64,000 nt of DNA from an uncultured Pelagibacteraceae bacterium (GTDB lineage: Bacteria; Pseudomonadota; Alphaproteobacteria; Pelagibacterales; Pelagibacteraceae). Both the position numbers and the translations under genes were made by a program. Below, one piece after another: positions 9,009-17,753 of the stretch; position 1 is the first letter of the stretch, and every line of letters begins with the position of its first letter. The DNA is taken from NCBI GenBank assembly GCA_902628525.1, contig CACOMZ010000001.1, positions 141,186-205,185 on the forward strand, read 5' to 3'. The notes beneath the pieces were generated by a model, which saw only the letters and a program-made list of their open reading frames with translations, made no database searches and was not told the DNA's origin.

Positions 9009-9940
9009 ACTTTAACCTCCCCATCAAATGGATCGTATGTATCAATTTCTTGAGGCAATACGGATCTTATTGCAATTTCTTCTGATCCCATTGCTACTAA
9101 TTCGTCACTTTCATACAAAACTAGAGGTTTTGCGGCCATTGTATCTTTCGCCATTCCCAAAGAGTCTTTTGTTGCAACAAAATAAGTAAATACACCATCA
9201 AGACCAGTTAAAGAATCCTTCATTCCTTCTTCAAGAGTTGCTCCCTCTCTCATTTTCTGTGCTATATAAACTGCTATTAATTCAGAGTCACATTCAGACA
9301 TAAATCTCATACCTTTATTTTCTAATGCTCTTCTGTTGTTCCAGTAATTTGTAAGCTGTCCATTGTGGACTACTGAAACATCGCTAAATGGATAGCCCCA
9401 AAAAGGGTGAGCTGATTTAATATCAACACCTGACTCAGTAGCCATTCTAGCATGGCCAATTGCATGAGTTCCCACTAATTTATCTAGAGAATATCTGTCA
9501 CAAACTGCTTTTGCATTTCCAAGATCTTTAATTACCTCTAAAGATTTACCCATTGATAATATTTCAACACCAGGTATGCTTTCAATAGTCTGTGAGAAGT
9601 TTAGTAAGTCTTTTACATTATAGTCAATTTCATATCTTAATGAATAAGGAAGAGTACGTTCTTCTTTAATTACTTTCGCTCCAAGTTCAGCAAGGGTTTC
9701 GTCTACAACTTTTTTTCTTTCATCATAAACAGAAACATCCTCCATAACTGAAGAAGACCCCTCTCCAACATTTTCTCCAACCTTAAAACGCATAATGAAA
9801 TTTTTACCATCTGTGTCACCGTATAAAGCATAACCAGTTGAGTCTTCTCCTCTATGTTTTAATGCTTGAAGCATTCCTTGTAGTTCAGACCCAACGTTAG
9901 AGGACTTCCCTCTATGAATTAACCCAGCTATTCCACACAT
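8996..9940 (-). CDS. Class II glutamine amidotransferase (MgsA paralog)
   Basis: MCGI, RGEDSTG, GHARMATES, HNG, CDSE. Confidence 0.87.
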   Translation of the reverse strand: MCGIAGLIHRGKSSNVGSELQGMLQALKHRGEDSTGYALYGDTDGKNFIMRFKVGENVGEGSSSVMEDVSVYDERKKVVDETLAELGAKVIKEERTLPYSLRYEIDYNVKDLLNFSQTIESIPGVEILSMGKSLEVIKDLGNAKAVCDRYSLDKLVGTHAIGHARMATESGVDIKSAHPFWGYPFSDVSVVHNGQLTNYWNNRRALENKGMRFMSECDSELIAVYIAQKMREGATLEEGMKDSLTGLDGVFTYFVATKDSLGMAKDTMAAKPLVLYESDELVAMGSEEIAIRSVLPQEIDTYDPFDGEVKVWRI

Positions 9941-9967
9941 AAATTTATACCCTTTCTATTTAACGAC

Positions 9968-11437
9968 CTACGGTAGACAATCAAGATAAGTATCAAGATC
10001 CCATTGTGTAGTTGCACCAAGGAATCTTTCCCACTCATCATTTTTGTACCAATGGAATACTTTATACATTTCGTCTGGCATCGCAGATTTGATTACCTCA
10101 TCCTCTGCAAGTCTATCTAGAGCTTCACCAAGACTTAATGGAAGTTTTTTAACATCTTTACCAGCTTTCTGAGCTTCATAAATATTTCTTGACTCTGGAG
10201 CGGCTGGTTTCATTTTTTTGCTAATACCTTCGTCACATGCTTTTAGTAATGCTGCACCTAGTAAGTAAGGATTATGCATAGAGTCAACCGATCTGTACTC
10301 AAATCTTCCTGGTGCTGAAACTCTTAAACCACAAGTTCTATTTTGGTATCCCCAGTCAGCATATACAGGAGCCCAAAATCCTTGATCCCATAATCTTCTA
10401 TAAGAATTTACTGTAGAAGATCCTAGTGCAGTTAATGCTGGTAAGTGTTTCATGATACCAGCTATAGATTGTAATCCAATTTTTCCAGGAAGTTGTGGAT
10501 CTTTAGTGTCAGGCATGAAGGTATTTGTTCCACCTTCTACATAACTAAATACTTCGTCTACACCTGGCAAAGACTTATGTCCAAGTTTATTTAATTTTAC
10601 TTTTCCACCTTTCCATAAAGACATATTTGTATGACAACCACTAGCAGAAACACCCATAAATGGTTTAGTCATAAAGCATGCAATTAAATTGTGTTCCCTC
10701 GCAACTTGTGCACAAATTTGTCTATAAGTAGATAATCTGTCTGCATTTCTCATAACATTGTCGAAAGTCCAATTAAGTTCTAATTGACCAGGAGCATCCT
10801 CGTGATCACCCTGAATCATATCAAGACCCATAGCGTTTGAATATTCAATAACCTTCATAAAAACTGGCCTTAACGACTCGAATTGATCAATGTGATAACA
10901 AAATGGTTTTGAGAAACCTTTACCAGTCGGTGTACCATCATCATTTTTAGTTAACCACATCATTTCAGGTTCAGTTCCGACTCTTAATTCTAGACCATGT
11001 TTCTTTTTAAACTCATCCATGAAAATTCTTAAGTTTCCTCTGCAATCTGAAGTAAGATGACCACCTGGGTTTACTCTTTCCTCTCTATTTCTAAAACATG
11101 TACAAAATACTCTTCCAACTCTTTTATCCCATGGCAATTGAACAAAAGTTTCAGGGTCAGGTATACCAACAAGCTCCATTGCTTCTGGCCCATATCCTAT
11201 ATAATTATTATGACGATCTAAAAATAAGTTTGCTGTTGAACCGTAAACTAGTTGAAAACCTTTCTCAGCCGTTCGTTCCCAATGATCAGCAGGAATACCT
11301 TTTCCAACAACTCTTCCAGTAACTGAAATGAATTGAAAATAAATATATGTGATACCTAATTCTTTGATTTTTTCTCTTACTTTTTTTACCAGTTTAGCTC
11401 TTCCTGGTTGATTTACATGTTTTTCTAAATCAGTCAT
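9968..11437 (-). CDS. Glutamine synthetase family protein (probable gamma-glutamyl-amide ligase, second copy)
   Basis: GTEPE, DHEDAPGQLE, FMTKPF..SGCH, NRTCGLR, RFEYR. The ammonia-site flap Glu is replaced (GFWAP). Confidence 0.88.
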   Translation of the reverse strand: MTDLEKHVNQPGRAKLVKKVREKIKELGITYIYFQFISVTGRVVGKGIPADHWERTAEKGFQLVYGSTANLFLDRHNNYIGYGPEAMELVGIPDPETFVQLPWDKRVGRVFCTCFRNREERVNPGGHLTSDCRGNLRIFMDEFKKKHGLELRVGTEPEMMWLTKNDDGTPTGKGFSKPFCYHIDQFESLRPVFMKVIEYSNAMGLDMIQGDHEDAPGQLELNWTFDNVMRNADRLSTYRQICAQVAREHNLIACFMTKPFMGVSASGCHTNMSLWKGGKVKLNKLGHKSLPGVDEVFSYVEGGTNTFMPDTKDPQLPGKIGLQSIAGIMKHLPALTALGSSTVNSYRRLWDQGFWAPVYADWGYQNRTCGLRVSAPGRFEYRSVDSMHNPYLLGAALLKACDEGISKKMKPAAPESRNIYEAQKAGKDVKKLPLSLGEALDRLAEDEVIKSAMPDEMYKVFHWYKNDEWERFLGATTQWDLDTYLDCLP

Positions 11438-11504
11438 ATTCCCCCTTTTGAATTTCTAGATCAAAAAGGTAACTGAAAAAAAAACGTTTGTCTACTTAGA
11501 TAAA

Positions 11505-12833
11505 TTAACTCCAAGGAAATGGACTGTTCGATGTGGGGTGTAATTCACCCTTAGCATAACGAGCATATCTAAACGGTTTTAATAACTCACTTTCTTGACC
11601 TAAAATCTCTTGAGCAACTAGATGACCAACACCAATCATTTTATAACCATGATTAGCATCAGCAATCATATATACGTTTTCAAAAAATCTATCAAATATT
11701 GGAAAAGAGTCAGGCGTTAAACAACCTAATCCTCCGGATGGACCTTTTCTATATAAATTAGATTTTCCCTCAAATCTTTTTTGAATGTGTGCTAGCGCTG
11801 ATGTCCACATATCCGCAAATTTGTCTGTGGTTTGAAACTCTGGTGATTCTACTCCATAAGGATCAACATTTACTTGATCAAAATGTTTTTGAACAATGTA
11901 AGGTGAGGTTCCTCCTTGAACTCCCAATCCATCTATATCTGGTTTATAATAAATTCCCCAAAGTTCATCAGTAATTAATTTTTTGTCTTTATCAGAATAT
12001 AAAGGAGCATCAGTATCCACATGAATTACAGGTGGTTGTTTACCTTCATTAGTCTTTAAATAGTCAGCATCAACACCTAAGACGCCTTCTTGTAAAAACC
12101 AATATTTCCACATTTCAACTTCGTGCATTTTTCCATCTTTGCCTTTGATCTCAGTTGATTTTGGTAATTCAAGCATGTTCCAAAAGTCTCTAACCCATGG
12201 TCCAGCTCCTACGACCACTTGATCACATTCTATAGTTCCTAAATTTGTAACTACGCCCGTTATTGCATTACTATTACTACCTCTTTTAAAACCTGTAACT
12301 TTTACACCTTTGTGCACTTCTACACCATTTGAGTTGGCTTTGTTCTCTAAAGCTTTTATTGAATCTTTATTGAAAGCATATCCACCTTTTTTTTCATGAA
12401 GAACAGATGTTATGCCTTTAGCTTGCCAATCATCGAAAATACCTTTCATATAATTCGTACAATCTTTTTCACCTTCTATGAAAACTGACTCATACCCAAT
12501 TGCTTTTTGCTGTTCATAAATGCTAGCTACATCCTCATGCATTACCTCTGGTGATATTTGCATGTAACCAACTGGATTATACTTAAATGCTTTAGGATCA
12601 CTTTCCCAAACAGAAACCGAATGAGCCATGAGTTCTCTCATAGCTGGCTGGAAATAATTGTTTCTAACAACTCCACAAGCAATTCCACTTGCACCAGCTG
12701 CAGTATCTTTTTTTTCTAGTACAATTACATCTCCAGGATTTTTGTATGTTTCTGAAAGTTTCCAAGCGGTACTCAATCCGTGTATACCACCACCAATTAT
12801 AACTACTTTAGCTTTTGTTGGTAAAGTGGACAT
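11505..12833 (-). CDS. FAD-dependent oxidoreductase (DAO / sarcosine-oxidase-beta-like)
   Basis: GGGIHG dinucleotide motif, GASGIACG, TPDSFPI, HGYK. Confidence 0.85.
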   Translation of the reverse strand: MSTLPTKAKVVIIGGGIHGLSTAWKLSETYKNPGDVIVLEKKDTAAGASGIACGVVRNNYFQPAMRELMAHSVSVWESDPKAFKYNPVGYMQISPEVMHEDVASIYEQQKAIGYESVFIEGEKDCTNYMKGIFDDWQAKGITSVLHEKKGGYAFNKDSIKALENKANSNGVEVHKGVKVTGFKRGSNSNAITGVVTNLGTIECDQVVVGAGPWVRDFWNMLELPKSTEIKGKDGKMHEVEMWKYWFLQEGVLGVDADYLKTNEGKQPPVIHVDTDAPLYSDKDKKLITDELWGIYYKPDIDGLGVQGGTSPYIVQKHFDQVNVDPYGVESPEFQTTDKFADMWTSALAHIQKRFEGKSNLYRKGPSGGLGCLTPDSFPIFDRFFENVYMIADANHGYKMIGVGHLVAQEILGQESELLKPFRYARYAKGELHPTSNSPFPWS

Positions 12834-12935
12834 ATTAAAACTTTATTTTTTGAAAATACATATTTATATAATTTTTTATAGAACTAAAATTTATATATAA
12901 AAATTAGATATTTTGCTTTCTAATAAAATTATCTG

Positions 12936-13286
12936 CTAATAACTTATGTTTTTTAGAGTAACTAAATATTTATTAAACTCATCAATAAAAGATTCACTTG
13001 GCATTATATTTTTAATTCTTTGGTCGGTTGAAGTTTTTTCTAATCTAAAGAATCCTTTTTCACAGGCTTCTGTAATTATTAATGCTGATTTAGGTCTTGA
13101 AGTTTTAAAAAGTTTTGTCTTAAGTTCTTCTACAGATAATTTATTTCCCTCTTTGTAGGCAGACATAACTAATAACATCATATGATAATGCGACGGAGAT
13201 TTTCTAAAAAAATAATTACTAGATGTATGTGACTGTCGCATTTGATCTTCCCAAAAATCTAGAAGTGTTTTCTTGTCTTTTACCAT
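12936..13286 (-). CDS. Small protein, probable winged-helix (MarR-like) DNA-binding protein
   Basis: LSVEEL...SRPKSALII..ACEKGF...DQR resembles a MarR wing (D-x-R). Coupled to the tdm stop. Confidence 0.6.
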   Translation of the reverse strand: MVKDKKTLLDFWEDQMRQSHTSSNYFFRKSPSHYHMMLLVMSAYKEGNKLSVEELKTKLFKTSRPKSALIITEACEKGFFRLEKTSTDQRIKNIMPSESFIDEFNKYLVTLKNISY

Positions 13287-13290
13287 AAGT

Positions 13291-15651
13291 TTACGCTCTT
13301 ACTCTAGACTTTGTTGGATCATAAAAAGGAAAACCAACTACTTTTGCACTAATTCTTTTTTGATGTCCATCAATTTTACCAATTTCCACTTCAGTTCCAA
13401 TTTCTGAGTACTGAACATCAATCCTGCAAAGTGCAATATTTTTATTTAAAGTGGAGGATAAACATCCACTTGTAACAATACCAATTTGAGATCTTCCAAT
13501 ATGAACACAATCCCCATGTCCAGCTATTTCTTTTCCAGCAAGTTCTAGACCTACTAATTTTTTTTGTGGATTAGCTTTTCTTTTAATCAATTCATCTTTA
13601 CCAATAAAATCTTCCTCCTTTGTTTTCAATGGCACAGCAAAACCTATACCAGCCTCAAAGGGATCTTGCTCACCATCAAACTCAGCACCAAATAAAATTA
13701 AACCAGCTTCAATTCTAAGTTTATCCAATGCCGCAAAACCAGCTGGTATTAATCCATCATCTTTACCTGCCTCCATTAATTTATCCCAAACTTCTGGAGC
13801 ATGTTTTGGATGGCACCAAACTTCATAACCCAATTCTCCAGTATATCCTGTTCTTGACACAATTAGTGGAATCCCTTGAAGCTCTTCAATTCTACAAATT
13901 GTAAATCTAAACCAACCTAGTTCGTCTATTGAGGGCTGAGTTGGTGGTGTAAAAATTATTTTTTTTAATATTTCTCTACTTTTAGGTCCCTGTAAGGACA
14001 CATTGCTGATTTGGTCTGTAGAGTTTTTAATAAACGCATTAAAATTTTTCTTTTTTGCAATTTCTTTAAGCCATTCTCCACCGTATTCATCTCCACATAT
14101 CCATCTAAAACCTGTTTCACTTAATCTTAAAAGCGTTCCATCATCAAACATCATACCATTTTCGTAACACATGGCTGAATAAACAACTTGTCCAACAGAA
14201 AGTTTTTTTATATTTCGAGTGAGAGTATAATTTAATAGCTCCTCTGCATCTGGACCAATAATTTCAAATTTCCTCAATGAAGAAAGGTCAATTAGTACAG
14301 CATCATTCCTGCATGCATTATATTCATTGACTAAACCGTGTTTGGTGTAATCGTTTGGAAGCCAAAAACCTCTAGCATCAACAAAGTTTCTAGTTAATTG
14401 AGAAGTTCTATCGTAAAAACCTGAATTTCTTGTAAGTTTTTTTTCTGAGTCTGTTTTCATTCTAAATGCAAATGATTTACTAAATTCTTTTTTTTTGTCG
14501 TATGTTCTAACAAAAATATCTGTTGGATTCCATGAATTACAAGGATCAATATCACTTGGGCATGCGGTCGTTCCAATTGTTAAATCTTTTAGAGCTCTAA
14601 ACATTACGTAATCACCTGGACGTGAATAAGACTCATCTGAAATAACGGAATTTAAACCAGCTGCAGAAGTGTTAAAAAATAAATTAATCGCGTGCCAACC
14701 TTTCTGTTTTTTTACTCCAAATTTAGACATACTTTCAGTTAAATTATCTGAGCAATTTGGATGTCCAAAGTAACCTGAATCTTCATAATATTTAGAAGTA
14801 CAAGCAAGATTGAAAGTATCATGTTTGCCAACTGTATCTCTTACAACCTCTACTAGTGGTTCATGATCAGTATCATAAAATTTTGAAAATAGACCAGGTC
14901 CAGGAAAAGTATTGCCCATAAAAGTTCTAGTGGTTTGCCAATCTAATCCTTTTTCAATTCCTTTTTCTAATTTTCTTGTATCGAATGCAACAAAATCTGA
15001 GCATTGTCTACCTGTAGGACTTATAATTTGTATATAGTCACCTTCTTTAACCTCATAAGATGTACAAGTTTGCCTTAAGATATTTTCTTCATGTGCTGGC
15101 TCATAAACAGGGTCAGGAATTACATTTAACTCTTTATCATTTATAATTTTTGACCTTTTTATAAATATTGTTAATTCACCAGGAGGATTTTGATTTGTAA
15201 CATCCATATCATCTCCAGGAGAAGCAAATATTGCATAACAATTATCTTTTGATTTTAATTTTATAGTTTCCCCTACAGCTGTATCAGTATCGAAAATTAC
15301 AGAGGACTTTGAATTTGAAATATTTAAATTTCTTTTTTTTAATTGATAGTTTGTTGCAAGAATTGCCTCATCTTTTCCTCGCAAAATATTTTTAATATAA
15401 TTTTTTTTACTATTTTCTCTTAGATTTAAGATTCCAAGTTCAGAATCTCCATCTTTATTAAAACATATAATTTCACAAATTTGATTTCCCTCACTATTTA
15501 TTATCTCTATTTCGTCATCTGGAAAAATTTGAAATCCAGTAAGACCACCACCATTAACAATATGCCGTTCAACTCCAGGTGGTAAAACATTTAAACCAGG
15601 ATATTTGATATCTTTACTAGTACCTAACATTTTTAAATTTTCTGTGACCAT
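13291..15651 (-). CDS. tdm: Trimethylamine N-oxide demethylase (DUF1989 + GcvT domains)
   Basis: DUF1989 with QCSDF, HDTFNLAC..GHPNC and ACP Cys/His ligands fused to a GcvT domain (SRTGYTGELGYE). Divergent from tmoX. Confidence 0.9.
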   Translation of the reverse strand: MVTENLKMLGTSKDIKYPGLNVLPPGVERHIVNGGGLTGFQIFPDDEIEIINSEGNQICEIICFNKDGDSELGILNLRENSKKNYIKNILRGKDEAILATNYQLKKRNLNISNSKSSVIFDTDTAVGETIKLKSKDNCYAIFASPGDDMDVTNQNPPGELTIFIKRSKIINDKELNVIPDPVYEPAHEENILRQTCTSYEVKEGDYIQIISPTGRQCSDFVAFDTRKLEKGIEKGLDWQTTRTFMGNTFPGPGLFSKFYDTDHEPLVEVVRDTVGKHDTFNLACTSKYYEDSGYFGHPNCSDNLTESMSKFGVKKQKGWHAINLFFNTSAAGLNSVISDESYSRPGDYVMFRALKDLTIGTTACPSDIDPCNSWNPTDIFVRTYDKKKEFSKSFAFRMKTDSEKKLTRNSGFYDRTSQLTRNFVDARGFWLPNDYTKHGLVNEYNACRNDAVLIDLSSLRKFEIIGPDAEELLNYTLTRNIKKLSVGQVVYSAMCYENGMMFDDGTLLRLSETGFRWICGDEYGGEWLKEIAKKKNFNAFIKNSTDQISNVSLQGPKSREILKKIIFTPPTQPSIDELGWFRFTICRIEELQGIPLIVSRTGYTGELGYEVWCHPKHAPEVWDKLMEAGKDDGLIPAGFAALDKLRIEAGLILFGAEFDGEQDPFEAGIGFAVPLKTKEEDFIGKDELIKRKANPQKKLVGLELAGKEIAGHGDCVHIGRSQIGIVTSGCLSSTLNKNIALCRIDVQYSEIGTEVEIGKIDGHQKRISAKVVGFPFYDPTKSRVRA

Positions 15652-15668
15652 AATATAATCAAAACGAG

Positions 15669-15697
15669 TTGACTATAACTTTAAATAAGCACATACT
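15669..15697 (+). promoter_or_regulatory. Sigma70-type promoter for tmoX
   Basis: TTGACT-17 nt-CATACT, 36 nt before the ATG. RBS GAGAGG. Confidence 0.55.
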
Positions 15698-15733
15698 TAA
15701 TCATTAATATATTAATAATAGAGAGGGTATAAA

Positions 15734-16678
15734 ATGAAAAAAATAATATCATTACTATCTGCTCTAGTTATTTCTGTAGTAAGTTTTGCAGGAATTTCTA
15801 ATGCTGATAGCAAAAAACCCATCGTAATTCCAACTCATAACTGGTCAAGTCAAATTGTAATGGCTTACGTTATTGGTGGTATTTTCGAAAGTATGGGTAA
15901 TAACGTAAAATATGTTAACGCTGACTCACAAGCGGTATACGAGTCTATTAGAATTGGAGATGTTACTATATCTCACGAGGTATGGGAGTCTGCTTTTGGA
16001 AAATCTTTTACAACAGCACTTGATAAAGGCGGTCTATTAGATTTTGGAGATCATGAAGCAAGAACTCTTGAAGACATGGGATATCCAAACTGGGTTGCTG
16101 AAAAAGGATTGTGCCCAGGTCTACCAGACTGGACAGCTCTTAAAAATCCAGATTGTGCAAAAAACTTTACAACACCGGACTCTCCAGATGGAAAAGGCAG
16201 AATGTTGGAAGGACCACAAACTTGGCATGGTGACTTAATTCCACAAAGAGTTGACGCTTTAGGTTTAGGTGATCTTTGGTGGGTTAAGTTTGCTGGAAGT
16301 GCAGATGCGCTTTGGGCGGAATTAGCAGCAGCTGAAAAAGAAGGTAGAGGAACAATTATATTTAACTGGACACCTAACTTTACAGATGGTGCTGGTTTTA
16401 CATTTATTGATTTTCCACCATATACAGCTGGTTGTAGACCAGAAGATGGCGGAGATGGTAAATGTGGTTCTCCTGATGGATACTTGAAAAAAGCAGTTCA
16501 TGAGGATTTTCCAAAAACTCATCCTGACGCAGCAGCTATGTTTAAAAAATTGTCATTCTCTACAAGTCAAATTGGTGCAATGGCAGCTTTAGTTGATGTT
16601 GACAAAATGACTCACGAAGATGCAGCTAAAAAATGGTTAGCTGATAACGAGTCGGTTTGGAAAGCATTTACTAAATAA
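15734..16678 (+). CDS. tmoX: TMAO ABC transporter substrate-binding protein
   Basis: Signal peptide. PIVIPTHNWSSQIVM, DSQAVYES, EVWE, CPGLPDW and FNWTPNF match TmoX as recalled. Adjacent to tdm. Confidence 0.9.
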   Translation: MKKIISLLSALVISVVSFAGISNADSKKPIVIPTHNWSSQIVMAYVIGGIFESMGNNVKYVNADSQAVYESIRIGDVTISHEVWESAFGKSFTTALDKGGLLDFGDHEARTLEDMGYPNWVAEKGLCPGLPDWTALKNPDCAKNFTTPDSPDGKGRMLEGPQTWHGDLIPQRVDALGLGDLWWVKFAGSADALWAELAAAEKEGRGTIIFNWTPNFTDGAGFTFIDFPPYTAGCRPEDGGDGKCGSPDGYLKKAVHEDFPKTHPDAAAMFKKLSFSTSQIGAMAALVDVDKMTHEDAAKKWLADNESVWKAFTK

Positions 16679-16697
16679 GGATTATAGTTAAAAATTT

Positions 16698-16734
16698 AAA
16701 ATCTCCCCCAACTTGTTGGGGGGGATTTTTTTTT
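16698..16734 (+). terminator. Rho-independent terminator after tmoX
   Basis: ATCTCCCCCAA-cttg-TTGGGGGGGAT followed by a long T run. Confidence 0.85.
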
Positions 16735-16759
16735 ATATGATCTTTAATAAAATAAATTC

Positions 16760-17137
16760 ATGAAAAAGACACTACTTTTAGTATTTGTAAGTTTTTTGGT
16801 ATGCTCAACAGTATTTGCTCGAAGCACTGGCTGTAAAGAAGGTAATTGCGATAATGGTTATGGCAAGTGGGTTTATACTGACAAAACCACTTATGAGGGT
16901 GAGTGGGTTTCAACAAAAAAACAAGGACAAGGTGTAGAGACATGGCCTAACGGATATATTTATAAAGGGGAGTTTAAAAACAGTGAGTGGAGTGGGCAAG
17001 GAATTTTAACTTTTCCTGATGGATCTACTTATGATGGTGAATGGTCAAAAGGTTTTATGAATGGCAAAGGAACATTCACTTGGGCTGATGGAAGACAGAA
17101 AACAGGTATTTGGATAAACGGTAAGTTGCAAGAATAA
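16760..17137 (+). CDS. Secreted MORN-repeat protein
   Basis: Signal peptide and repeated YEGEW..G.G / YKGEF..GQG / YDGEW..GKG units. Confidence 0.88.
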   Translation: MKKTLLLVFVSFLVCSTVFARSTGCKEGNCDNGYGKWVYTDKTTYEGEWVSTKKQGQGVETWPNGYIYKGEFKNSEWSGQGILTFPDGSTYDGEWSKGFMNGKGTFTWADGRQKTGIWINGKLQE

Positions 17138-17688
17138 TGTTAAAAGAAAATTATATTAGCAAAATTAAGAATTTTCCTGAATCTCTAAGACAATTTATTG
17201 GTCTAATAATTATTACAGTAATAGTAATAATTTCTTTCAGTATTCTAAATGGAATTTTTGGACAGGGTGACGATTTAGTTGAAAGAATGAAGTTAGAGGA
17301 GGAAAGAATTGCTGAAGAAAAAAAATTAAGTGCATTAATATCTAAATTACCCTCAGGTATATTGGTTTCATTTGATGGTACAGATCATTATAAATTAACA
17401 GATGAGGTATATGAACAAGTATGTAAAGCAACAAAATTAATCCCTCAAAGAGCTATTATGGGAGCCAATTTTTTAAATTTCAGAGCTCATGAGCTTTATA
17501 CAATTAATGGAAATAAAATTGATGAAACTTTTGTTAAATGGGATGAAGAAAAAAGAAAATGTTTTGCTGGTTTCACAGTTAGTGGGAATAATGTTGGGGT
17601 AGATGAAAGTGTTACAATAAGTGGAGAGGCTCTTAGTTTTTTAAGCACCGGCATTGATACGAGGGTTTATTTTATTAAAAATTTTTAA
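17137..17688 (+). CDS. Hypothetical membrane-anchored protein
   Basis: N-terminal TM helix and short coiled segment. TAATG coupling to the MORN gene. Confidence 0.75.
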   Translation: MLKENYISKIKNFPESLRQFIGLIIITVIVIISFSILNGIFGQGDDLVERMKLEEERIAEEKKLSALISKLPSGILVSFDGTDHYKLTDEVYEQVCKATKLIPQRAIMGANFLNFRAHELYTINGNKIDETFVKWDEEKRKCFAGFTVSGNNVGVDESVTISGEALSFLSTGIDTRVYFIKNF

Positions 17689-17753
17689 CGAGGAAAGGAA
17701 GCAATTATTAACATTTTAATTTTATTAATTTTAATATAACTTTAAAAAAATTT

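Noticed and set aside
9968-11437. Calling either GS-family gene a housekeeping glnA
   Set aside because: Both lack the ammonia-site flap Glu and sit in amine-catabolic operons.
16760-17137. Repeated sequence units suggesting an array
   Set aside because: These are protein-level MORN repeats, not DNA repeats or CRISPR.
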